A DNA stretch of 64,000 bases, from assembly GCA_946405575.1 (NCBI GenBank), contig CAMJHP010000005.1:20908-84907 (forward strand). Reading direction: 5' to 3'. The notes below the pieces were generated by a model, which saw only the letters and a list, made by a program, of their open reading frames with translations, was not told the DNA's origin and did not search any database. Shown piece by piece: positions 52,478-60,291 of the stretch (its first letter is position 1; each line of letters opens with the position of its first letter). Source of the DNA: an uncultured Bacteroidales bacterium (GTDB taxonomy: Bacteria > Bacteroidota > Bacteroidia > Bacteroidales > F082). A program made the position numbers and the translations under genes.

Positions 52478-53233
52478 GTGGAAAGTAAACCGTTGGTATC
52501 AGTCATCATGCCATGCTACAATATGGCTTCGTATATTTCAGACAGCATCAAGTCTGTCGTTGTTCAGACTTACCCAAATTGGGAACTGCTTATTGTTGAC
52601 GATGCTTCTACGGACGAAACGGTTAGCATAATAAAAGATTACTCTCAATCTGATTCACGAATAAGGTTTGCCATCAAAACACAGAATTCTGGCATTGCTG
52701 ACACCCGAAACCAATGCATTCGAATGGCTCATGGCCAATTTTTGGCTTTTCTTGACGCTGACGACATCTGGCATCATGAAAAACTGGAAAAACAACTGAG
52801 GTTTATGATGGAAAAGAATGTAGGATTTACTTATTCAACCTACGATTGGATTGATGAAGACGGAAACACATTGAACAAATTCATCAATACCATAGGCAAT
52901 CTGGATTATGAAACCTACCTTCAAAACACCATTATCGGTTGCTCTACTGTAATGGTCAACAAAGCGATTACTGGCGATGTTGTTGTTCCCAAATTCCGCA
53001 CCAGCGAAGATACCGCCACCTGGCTCGATATTCTTAGAAAGGGCATTTTGGCTTACGCCATTGATGAGCCTTTAGTTTCATATAGAATCAGAAGAAAATC
53101 CGCTAGTTCAAATAAGATAAAAGCAGCAACTGACCTATGGAAGGTGTATCGTCGTCACGAAAAACTTCCACTTTTTAAAGCAATTTATTACTTCTCCTGC
53201 TATGCTTTTAATGCTATCAAAAAACGCTTATGA
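52478..53233 (+). CDS. family-2 glycosyltransferase
   Basis: VSVIMPCYNMASYISDSIKSV...LLIVDDASTDET, with a GTG start. Confidence 0.85.
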   Translation: MESKPLVSVIMPCYNMASYISDSIKSVVVQTYPNWELLIVDDASTDETVSIIKDYSQSDSRIRFAIKTQNSGIADTRNQCIRMAHGQFLAFLDADDIWHHEKLEKQLRFMMEKNVGFTYSTYDWIDEDGNTLNKFINTIGNLDYETYLQNTIIGCSTVMVNKAITGDVVVPKFRTSEDTATWLDILRKGILAYAIDEPLVSYRIRRKSASSNKIKAATDLWKVYRRHEKLPLFKAIYYFSCYAFNAIKKRL

Positions 53234-54039
53234 AAAATAAGTTTTATCTATATCGTAAAGCTTGGCGTTTTGACGGAGCCCCCCACAATGAACCACAATT
53301 GCAAAAACAGGAATGGAAACAACTACTCAAGCAAGGTGGTTTGATGGTAAGAAACACTTATAACTTTGATTGTCAAAAAGAAACTAGTTTTTGGTATCTC
53401 ATAAAAGATCATTTTGAAGGTTTTGAAGAGCTTTCTGGTAACACGAGAAAGAAAGTCAGACGTTCATTGGAAAAAATAGAGTTCCGAAAGGTCGATAATA
53501 GTTACATCAAAAAATTCGGGTATCCCATATTAAGGGCATCTTTTGATGATTATTCGGTAAAAGACCGCATCACAAACTCTCTGACCTTTGAAAACTATTT
53601 AAAAGAATGTGAAGAAAAAGAGTACGATTACTGGGGAATTTTTGACAGAAATAATAATGATTTCATTGGTTTTTTTACGGTAATGTTATGGAAAGACTCG
53701 TGTGAATATGGATTGGTTGCCGTTTTGCCTGATTACAAACGGAAAAACACAACATACCCTTATTACGGCCTGTTCCATACTATGAACCAATATTACTTGC
53801 AAGAAAAAGGCTTTCGCTATGTCGCCGACGGTGCACGTAGCATCACCGAACACTCCAACATTCAAGATTATCTCATCGAGAAATTTCATTTCCGCAAGGC
53901 TTATTGTAATCTTTCAGTCCATTATTGCTTGTGGATGAAGATTGCGGTCAAAATGTTGTACCCATTCAGAAAAATCATATCTTTGCCGCGCATAAAGGCA
54001 ATTCTCAATATGGAGGCTATGCAGCGTGGAGAAAAATAA
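53230..54039 (+). CDS. hypothetical protein, possibly a FemAB/GNAT-fold acyl- or aminoacyl-transferase
   Basis: 269 aa, overlapping both neighbours. This is a loose by-eye resemblance only. Confidence 0.35.
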   Translation: MKNKFYLYRKAWRFDGAPHNEPQLQKQEWKQLLKQGGLMVRNTYNFDCQKETSFWYLIKDHFEGFEELSGNTRKKVRRSLEKIEFRKVDNSYIKKFGYPILRASFDDYSVKDRITNSLTFENYLKECEEKEYDYWGIFDRNNNDFIGFFTVMLWKDSCEYGLVAVLPDYKRKNTTYPYYGLFHTMNQYYLQEKGFRYVADGARSITEHSNIQDYLIEKFHFRKAYCNLSVHYCLWMKIAVKMLYPFRKIISLPRIKAILNMEAMQRGEK

Positions 54040-54628
54040 GCACAGAATAGGATTCTTTTTCAAATGGTGCTTCGACCGTATCGTAGCACTCCTTGGTCTT
54101 ATTGTGCTTTGCTTGCCTTTGCTTGTCATCGCCATCCTTATCAAAATCGACTCAAGGGGACCTGTGTTTTTTATGCAACGGCGCATAGGAAAAGATGGCA
54201 AACCTTTCAGAATCTGTAAGTTTCGTACTATGCTGCATCAGTCGGAAGGCGATACCGTTACTACGGCAGACGACCCACGTATTACCCGAATGGGTCATTG
54301 GTTGCGCCATAGTAAGGTGGATTGCCTCACCGAATTGATCAATGTCTTTATAGGTCAAATGAGCTTCGTCGGACCTCGCCCCGATGTGCCCGGCTATGCC
54401 GACCAGTTGCAAGGCGATGACCGCCGTATTTTGCAACTCCGCCCAGGCATTACTGGTCCGGCAAGTATCAAATACCGTGATGAGGAAGAACTGCTTGCCC
54501 AACAAGCTGATCCAAAGACCTACAACGATACCGTCATTTGGCCAGACAAAGTGAAAATCAATCTTGAATATTTGGACAATTGGAGTTTCTTTGGAGACAT
54601 CAAGCTGATTTTCAAGACTATATTATAA
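54026..54628 (+). CDS. small polyprenyl-phosphate sugar phosphotransferase (bacterial sugar transferase, PglC/WbaP C-terminal type)
   Basis: One N-terminal TM helix, then GPVFFMQRRIGKDGKPFRICKFRTM and SFVGPRPDVPGY. Confidence 0.85.
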   Translation: MEKNKHRIGFFFKWCFDRIVALLGLIVLCLPLLVIAILIKIDSRGPVFFMQRRIGKDGKPFRICKFRTMLHQSEGDTVTTADDPRITRMGHWLRHSKVDCLTELINVFIGQMSFVGPRPDVPGYADQLQGDDRRILQLRPGITGPASIKYRDEEELLAQQADPKTYNDTVIWPDKVKINLEYLDNWSFFGDIKLIFKTIL

Positions 54629-54634
54629 TATGTC

Positions 54635-56122
54635 ATGAAAGAACAAAGCCGCATTGCCAACATCATCAATAGCAAGTATTATCCTTTGCTGTTGTTTGCA
54701 TTGTCGTTTGTCTTTGTGGTGTTGTTTTCGCGCTCAACATCGTTCTTATACGTCTACGAAGGTTTCGACGCTGCCATTTTCAAACAAATGGGTCTGGCGG
54801 TTTTAAAGGGTAAAACACTTTATATTGATTATTTCGACAACAAAGGATGCTTGTTATATTTTATACAAGCTTTCGGTTTATGGCTTGGTGGAAATTTATA
54901 TATTCTATTGATGCAAACTTTGTCACTCACTGTTACATTGGTTATTTGGGATAAAACCATCGCTTTTTATCGCGATGGGTGTTTTCGCTTCATTTGCACT
55001 GGAATAGCTTTATTTTTGCTTTTGTGTTTCTATGACGGTGGTGATCTCTCGGAAGAATGGAGCTTGCCTTTTGCATCATATCCTATTTATCTGTATTTCA
55101 GATATTTGAAAACAAATAAAGAAATCCGTAAGATAGAAATGTTGATTATCGGGATTTGTTTTGGCATCATCGCTTTTATCCGAATTAATAATGCCAGTGT
55201 TTTCTTGGGTTTCTTAGCCTATTTGTTTTTCATCTTACTACAAAAGAAAGAATACAAAAAGTTCGTATTCGACTCTTTGTTAATCATTTTAGGAATTGCC
55301 ATCATTACAAGTTTGTGCATCCTGTATTTTTACCTAAAGGCTAGTACTTACGGTGTAGAAGAAATGTTGTATGGAACATTTCTATCCTATTTTGAATACT
55401 TTGATTACAAAGATCCAAGACCCACTTATTATTATGTTTCCTATTTTTTGTTCTTGGCCATTTGCATATTTCTTCTTTGCTTCAATGCATCAAATCATAA
55501 AGAAATACTCATTCCTACGCTTCTTTCTTATGCTTTATTTGTCTTTTCATCAGGAACCCGTTGCTTTATTCACTATTTGATAAGTGTTATACCACTAGCT
55601 ATTGTTTGCTTGATGATGATGGATTTTGAAAAACACAAAAAAATCAATCTTATACTTATACTATTTTCTTTACTACCCTTGTCAAGCTACCTCATTCGAC
55701 CCATTGGTTTCTTTATCAACGACTTGGTTTTGAACAAAGAGCCTTTCAAAACGAGTTATAGCAAATTTCACAGCTGTATCCAAGAAATACCAGAAACTGA
55801 ACGTGACTCCATATATAATTACAATTTGTCTGGCATCGGAGCTGGAATGATGCAACATGAGGGTTTGCTACAATGCAACAGGGTACTGTATTCTCCTTTA
55901 GCTTTTCACCTCCCCACGCTTCATAATGAAGAAGTCTCAAAACCTTTCATCATGCCAAAGTGGATTCTACTTTCTGGAGACAAGTTGTTATATCAGGATG
56001 ATGTTTCATTTATCCTAGAAAACTACGACTTAATAGATCATTTTAATCACAATACCCAGTACATCGATGGATTGAATATAGGTGAGATGTCAACAGTGTG
56101 CTTCTACTGCAGAAAAGACTAA
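54635..56122 (+). CDS. polytopic membrane protein (GT-C-like glycosyltransferase or polymerase candidate)
   Basis: 495 aa with at least 10 hydrophobic segments. It is the last gene of the glycan locus and I see no clear motif. Confidence 0.5.
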   Translation: MKEQSRIANIINSKYYPLLLFALSFVFVVLFSRSTSFLYVYEGFDAAIFKQMGLAVLKGKTLYIDYFDNKGCLLYFIQAFGLWLGGNLYILLMQTLSLTVTLVIWDKTIAFYRDGCFRFICTGIALFLLLCFYDGGDLSEEWSLPFASYPIYLYFRYLKTNKEIRKIEMLIIGICFGIIAFIRINNASVFLGFLAYLFFILLQKKEYKKFVFDSLLIILGIAIITSLCILYFYLKASTYGVEEMLYGTFLSYFEYFDYKDPRPTYYYVSYFLFLAICIFLLCFNASNHKEILIPTLLSYALFVFSSGTRCFIHYLISVIPLAIVCLMMMDFEKHKKINLILILFSLLPLSSYLIRPIGFFINDLVLNKEPFKTSYSKFHSCIQEIPETERDSIYNYNLSGIGAGMMQHEGLLQCNRVLYSPLAFHLPTLHNEEVSKPFIMPKWILLSGDKLLYQDDVSFILENYDLIDHFNHNTQYIDGLNIGEMSTVCFYCRKD

Positions 56123-56192
56123 CAACCAGCCCCGAAGGGGCGACAACAATAAATAAGCTCTTATCGTAAAGCCCAAAAGGGGCGATAGGATA

Positions 56193-56217
56193 GCAGGCGA
56201 CGTAAGACCCTGCTTTT
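56193..56217 (+). terminator. possible intrinsic terminator of the glycan operon
   Basis: GCAGG-N11-CCTGC followed by TTTT. It is preceded by two small C-run/G-run hairpins (56129-56141, 56171-56183). Confidence 0.4.
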
Positions 56218-56248
56218 GCATATAATAAGCAGCAACGCCGATGACCAC

Positions 56249-56274
56249 AAAAAAAAACCCCGTAGAAACGGGGA
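56249..56274 (-). terminator. intrinsic terminator after tRNA-Asn
   Basis: In the minus sense it reads CCCCGTTTCTACGGGG followed by a T9 run. Confidence 0.8.
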
Positions 56275-56319
56275 GAATCTACGAGGCCAAAAAATTAATA
56301 ACATGAAACATAAAAATTG

Positions 56320-56393
56320 CGCCCCCTTCAGGACTTGAACCTGAGACCCCCTGATTAACAGTCAGATGCTCTAACCAACTGAGCTAAGGAGGC
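56320..56393 (-). tRNA. tRNA-Asn (anticodon GTT), CCA not encoded
   Basis: Hand-folded cloverleaf. Acceptor stem is GCCTCCT/AGGGGGC with one G-T pair. D arm is GCTC..GAGC. Anticodon arm is TCTGA-CTGTTAA-TCAGG. T arm is TCAGG-TTCAAGT-CCTGA. Confidence 0.85.
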
Positions 56394-56429
56394 TACACAA
56401 CGTCACAGAACTTATCTGATTTGCGGTTG

Positions 56430-56437
56430 CAAAAATA
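56430..56437 (-). promoter_or_regulatory. -7 box TATTTTTG of the tRNA-Asn promoter
   Basis: It lies within the shared 18-mer TGTATTTTTGCAACCGCA (complement of 56422-56439). Confidence 0.55.
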
Positions 56438-56547
56438 CAGCTTTTTTCAATACCCACAACAAAAATTTCAAGATTTTTTTCGCAATACTATATAGAATAC
56501 TGATATTCAACAAGAAAAATATCATACATTTGTATCAAATTATTTCC

Positions 56548-56555
56548 TAATTTTG
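56548..56555 (+). promoter_or_regulatory. -7 box TAATTTTG for the PfkB kinase gene
   Basis: Exact match, 38 nt before the ATG. The predicted UTR consists almost entirely of the RAATYTTT tandem leader. Confidence 0.55.
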
Positions 56556-56593
56556 CACGATTAAATCTTGAATTTTAAATCTTTGAATCCAAA

Positions 56594-57568
56594 ATGAAGA
56601 AAATACTCGGAATAGGAAGTGCCTTGGTCGATATCCTAACGCAGATTCCCAATGAACAAATCCTCAAAGAATTGAACCTACCCAAAGGTAGTATGACTTA
56701 CGTTGACGCCCAAACCTCTGTCAAAATAGGAGAGAGGCTGGCCTATCTTGGCAACCAAATGGCTTCGGGAGGCTCTGCTGCCAACACTATGAGCGGGTTA
56801 GCCAAACTTGGCATAGAAGCTGGTTTTCTCAGTAAGATTGGCAAGGATGAAGTAGGACAATTCTTTGAAAAACAAATGAATGATAGCAAAGTGCATCCTT
56901 TGATGCTGAAAAGTGACACACCTTCAGGCCGTGTACAAGCTCTTGTGACTGCCGACGGTGAACGCACTTTTGCCACTTGTCTTGGTGCAGCAGCAGAGAT
57001 GTGTGCCGATGACATCAAGCCAGAACTCTTTGAAGGCTGGGACATCTTTTATGTGGAAGGCTACCTTGTAGCCAACCCGACTATGCTCAGAAAAGCCATC
57101 GAGACTGCCAAAGCACAAAGTATGACCATCGCCATCGATCTAGCTAGCTACAACGTAGTGGAAGAAAACCGCGAATTCCTACTTGAACTCATCAAAAACT
57201 ATGTCAACATTGTGTTTGCCAATGAGCAAGAAGCTAAGGCATTGACTGGATTAGAGCCCGAAGCTGCCCTACACTTCATCGCAGAAAACTGTGGTATTGC
57301 TGTCATAAAAATCGGTGCCAAGGGAGCTTACATTCAACGTGGTGATGAAATTGTCTCCATTCCACCTATGAAAGCAGATGTAGTTGACACCACAGGAGCT
57401 GGCGATATGTGGGCAGCAGGCTTCCTCGCTGGACTCGTCAAAGGCGAAAACCTAGAAAAATGCGGTTTGATGGGGGCTATTGTGGCCAAGAACATCATTG
57501 AAGTGATGGGGGCAAAGATGGATGACGCACGTTGGGAGAAAATTCATACAGCAATAGTGTCACTATGA
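56594..57568 (+). CDS. PfkB-family carbohydrate/nucleoside kinase (adenosine-kinase-like)
   Basis: DTTGAGDMWAAGFL motif in a 324-aa protein. Confidence 0.8.
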   Translation: MKKILGIGSALVDILTQIPNEQILKELNLPKGSMTYVDAQTSVKIGERLAYLGNQMASGGSAANTMSGLAKLGIEAGFLSKIGKDEVGQFFEKQMNDSKVHPLMLKSDTPSGRVQALVTADGERTFATCLGAAAEMCADDIKPELFEGWDIFYVEGYLVANPTMLRKAIETAKAQSMTIAIDLASYNVVEENREFLLELIKNYVNIVFANEQEAKALTGLEPEAALHFIAENCGIAVIKIGAKGAYIQRGDEIVSIPPMKADVVDTTGAGDMWAAGFLAGLVKGENLEKCGLMGAIVAKNIIEVMGAKMDDARWEKIHTAIVSL

Positions 57569-57571
57569 TGT

Positions 57572-57699
57572 GAGATTCCCTTCGGGAATGGAGAGCTATA
57601 TTAGTAAACAGCGGCGGCAAATAACGTTAACAACCTGTAGACGCTATATGCCGCCGCATTCTAAACAAGAGCATTAACTCCATTCCCTTTGAGAATCTC
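57572..57699. repeat. ~128-nt nested-palindrome element, copy B
   Basis: GAGATTCCCTTCGGGAATGGAGA ... GCGGCGGC-loop-GCCGCCGC ... CTCCATTCCCTTTGAGAATCTC. It begins 3 nt after the kinase stop. Confidence 0.8.
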
Positions 57700-57750
57700 T
57701 TTATTTTACAAGTTTTATAACATATTAGTTGAAGTAATCATTATTTTTTG

Positions 57751-57758
57751 TACCTTTG
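57751..57758 (+). promoter_or_regulatory. -7 box TACCTTTG for the EF-G paralog
   Basis: Exact TAnnTTTG match, about 60 nt before the ATG. Confidence 0.5.
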
Positions 57759-57817
57759 CGCCTATTATAGTATTTTCCGCGAAAAATAAATATTTAATAA
57801 TTAGCTAGTTAGATAAA

Positions 57818-59953
57818 ATGAAGGAATTCCAAACAAAAGACATCCGTAACGTTGCCCTCATCGGCGCAGCAAAATCGGGTAAGACCATCCTTGCCGAAAA
57901 TATGCTTTATGAAGGCAAGCTCATTAACAGAAAAGGTAGCACTGAAGAGAAAAACACTGTTTCCGATTATCGTCCTATCGAAATGGAACGTCAGATTTCG
58001 GTGAATGCCTCTATGATGTACACGATTTACAACGACAAGAAAATCAACATCCTGGATACTCCTGGTTTCAGTGATTTTTCGGGCGACATTGTCAGTTGCC
58101 TCACCGCTGCCGACATTGCTGTCTGCACTGTGAACGCCCAGTCGGGTGTTGAAGCCACTACCGAAAACGCTTGGCGTCATGCTTCCAACACACATAAGCC
58201 AGTTGTGTTTTTTATGAACCAACTCGACCATAGTAACGCCAACTTTGACAACACAGTTCGTGAACTGAAAGAGTATTTCGGCGACAAGGTTACGCCAATT
58301 CAATATCCTGTCAACACTGGTGAAGATTTCAATGCTGTCATCGACTTGATCATGATGAAGATGTTGGTCTTCAAGAACGGCAATGGTGCCCCTGAAATTC
58401 AGGACATTCCCGCTGCAGAGATGGCCAAGGCTGAAGAGCTGCACAACAACCTCATCGAGCACGCCGCCGAAGGTGAAGAAGCCCTGATGGAAAAGTTCTT
58501 CGAAGAGATGACTCTGAGCGAAGAGGATATGGAACGCGGTATCCATTTGGGTATCGTCAACCGTGAGATGTTCCCCGTGCTTTGTGGCGCTGCCAAGCGT
58601 GGCGTGGGTGTCACACGTTTGATGGATTTCCTCATCAACGCTTGCCCATCACCTGCCGATATGCCAGCTATCAAAGCCAACAACGGCCAGGAATTCCACA
58701 ACAGCGTCGATGAACCGACTGCCTTGTTCATCTTTAAAGTGACCACCGAGCAGAACCTTGGCGATGTGGCATGGATGCGCGTTTACGGTGGCACCGTTGT
58801 GAAGAGCCAAGACCTAATCAATCCACGCACAGGCAACAAAGAACGTCTCTCACAACTGCTTGCTTTCCGTGGTAAGAACCGTGAAGAAGTGGAGAAAGTC
58901 AACGCTGGTGATATCATCTGCACCATTAAGCTGAAGGACGGCCGTATCGGTGATTCCTTGGTCGATGCCAAGGCCGCTGAAGCCACCTTCCCCGAAATCC
59001 CATTCCCGACTCCGATTTTCTCGATTGCCGTCAAGGCCGTCAACTCACAGGAAGATGAAAAGCTTGGCAGTATCCTCAACGATATCCACAAGACCGACCC
59101 GACCGTCATCAGCGGTATGTCACGCGAGTTGCGCCAAAATATTCTGCAATGCCAAGGCGAATATCACTTCAACACCCTGAAGTGGTACTTTGACAATGTC
59201 TATAAGATTGCCATCGAGACAGCTTCACCGAAGATTCCGTACCGTGAGACCATCACCAAGAGTGCTAGTGCTAGCTACCGTCACAAGAAACAGTCAGGTG
59301 GTAGCGGTCAGTTCGGTGAAGTCCATATGCAACTGGCTCCTTATTTTGAAGGTTACACAGACCCAAGCGAACTACAGGTGCGCGACAAGCAGGAATACGA
59401 ATTGCCTTGGGGCGGTAAGCTCATCTTCGCCAACTGCGTTGTGGGTGGTGCCATTGATGCCCGCTTTATGCCCGCCATCCTGAAGGGTGTCAACGAGCGC
59501 TTGGAGCAAGGCCCGCTGACGGGTTCCTATGCCCGCGACATCATCGTCTACATCTATGATGGTAAGATGCACCCGGTCGACTCTAACGAAATGGCCTTTA
59601 AGATTGCCGGTCGTATGGCCTTCAGTGCCGCCTTTAAGAATGCTGGTCCGAAAATTATGGAACCCATCTACGACCTTGACGTGCGTATGCCCGCCGATCT
59701 TATGGGTGCTGTTATGACCGACCTGCAAGGCCGCCGCGCCATCGTGATGGGTATGGACAGCGACCACAACTATCAAACTATCCACGCCAAGGTGCCGTTG
59801 GCAGAGATGGATCGTTACTCCACCAGCCTCAGCTCATTGACTTCGGGTCGTGGCACATTCACTATGAAATATGCTGAATACCAACAAGTGCCTACCGATG
59901 TCCAAAACCGCCTGTTGAAGGAGTACGAAGAAAGCCAAAAAGAAGAAGAATAA
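57818..59953 (+). CDS. elongation factor G paralog (EF-G2-like; switch II reads DTPGF rather than DTPGH)
   Basis: 711 aa with EF-G domain order. The P-loop is GAAKSGKT, switch II is DTPGFSDF and the NKxD-like motif is NQLD. It is not in a str-operon context. Confidence 0.85.
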   Translation: MKEFQTKDIRNVALIGAAKSGKTILAENMLYEGKLINRKGSTEEKNTVSDYRPIEMERQISVNASMMYTIYNDKKINILDTPGFSDFSGDIVSCLTAADIAVCTVNAQSGVEATTENAWRHASNTHKPVVFFMNQLDHSNANFDNTVRELKEYFGDKVTPIQYPVNTGEDFNAVIDLIMMKMLVFKNGNGAPEIQDIPAAEMAKAEELHNNLIEHAAEGEEALMEKFFEEMTLSEEDMERGIHLGIVNREMFPVLCGAAKRGVGVTRLMDFLINACPSPADMPAIKANNGQEFHNSVDEPTALFIFKVTTEQNLGDVAWMRVYGGTVVKSQDLINPRTGNKERLSQLLAFRGKNREEVEKVNAGDIICTIKLKDGRIGDSLVDAKAAEATFPEIPFPTPIFSIAVKAVNSQEDEKLGSILNDIHKTDPTVISGMSRELRQNILQCQGEYHFNTLKWYFDNVYKIAIETASPKIPYRETITKSASASYRHKKQSGGSGQFGEVHMQLAPYFEGYTDPSELQVRDKQEYELPWGGKLIFANCVVGGAIDARFMPAILKGVNERLEQGPLTGSYARDIIVYIYDGKMHPVDSNEMAFKIAGRMAFSAAFKNAGPKIMEPIYDLDVRMPADLMGAVMTDLQGRRAIVMGMDSDHNYQTIHAKVPLAEMDRYSTSLSSLTSGRGTFTMKYAEYQQVPTDVQNRLLKEYEESQKEEE

Positions 59954-59988
59954 AGTATTTTTATTTTTTCATAAGTATTGCATTTTTT

Positions 59989-60021
59989 CCCCGCTGCAAG
60001 GCTTTGCAGCGGGGTTTTTTT
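59989..60021 (+). terminator. intrinsic terminator after the EF-G paralog
   Basis: CCCCGCTGCAA ggct TTGCAGCGGGG followed by T7. Confidence 0.85.
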
Positions 60022-60260
60022 ATAATGTATCTCGAAATTGAGAGCCTAAGTAAAGGAGAAAAAAGTAGTTTAGCAGAAAATAAAAAAAAGTTAGGATTGC
60101 TTCGTTCCTTGCAATGACGTATGACAACAAAAATGAAGGAAGTTCATAAATGAATTCAAGGCCACGGTTGCGTTGGCCTTGATAAAGAAGAAAGGACTCT
60201 TGTGCAAAAATGGTGGAAAGCATTAAGAGATAAGTAATGGCTTTCAATCAACAAAGTAGA

Positions 60261-60281
60261 AGCCGCCTTTCTGAGGCGGCT
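60261..60281 (-). terminator. possible terminator after the LutB-like gene
   Basis: AGCCGCC tttctga GGCGGCT. The U tract in the minus sense is weak. Confidence 0.4.
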
Positions 60282-60291
60282 CCCTTCTATT

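Noticed and set aside
57809-58546. A 245-aa minus-strand ORF.
   Set aside because: It is antisense to the N-terminal GTPase domain of the EF-G paralog, which has clear motifs.
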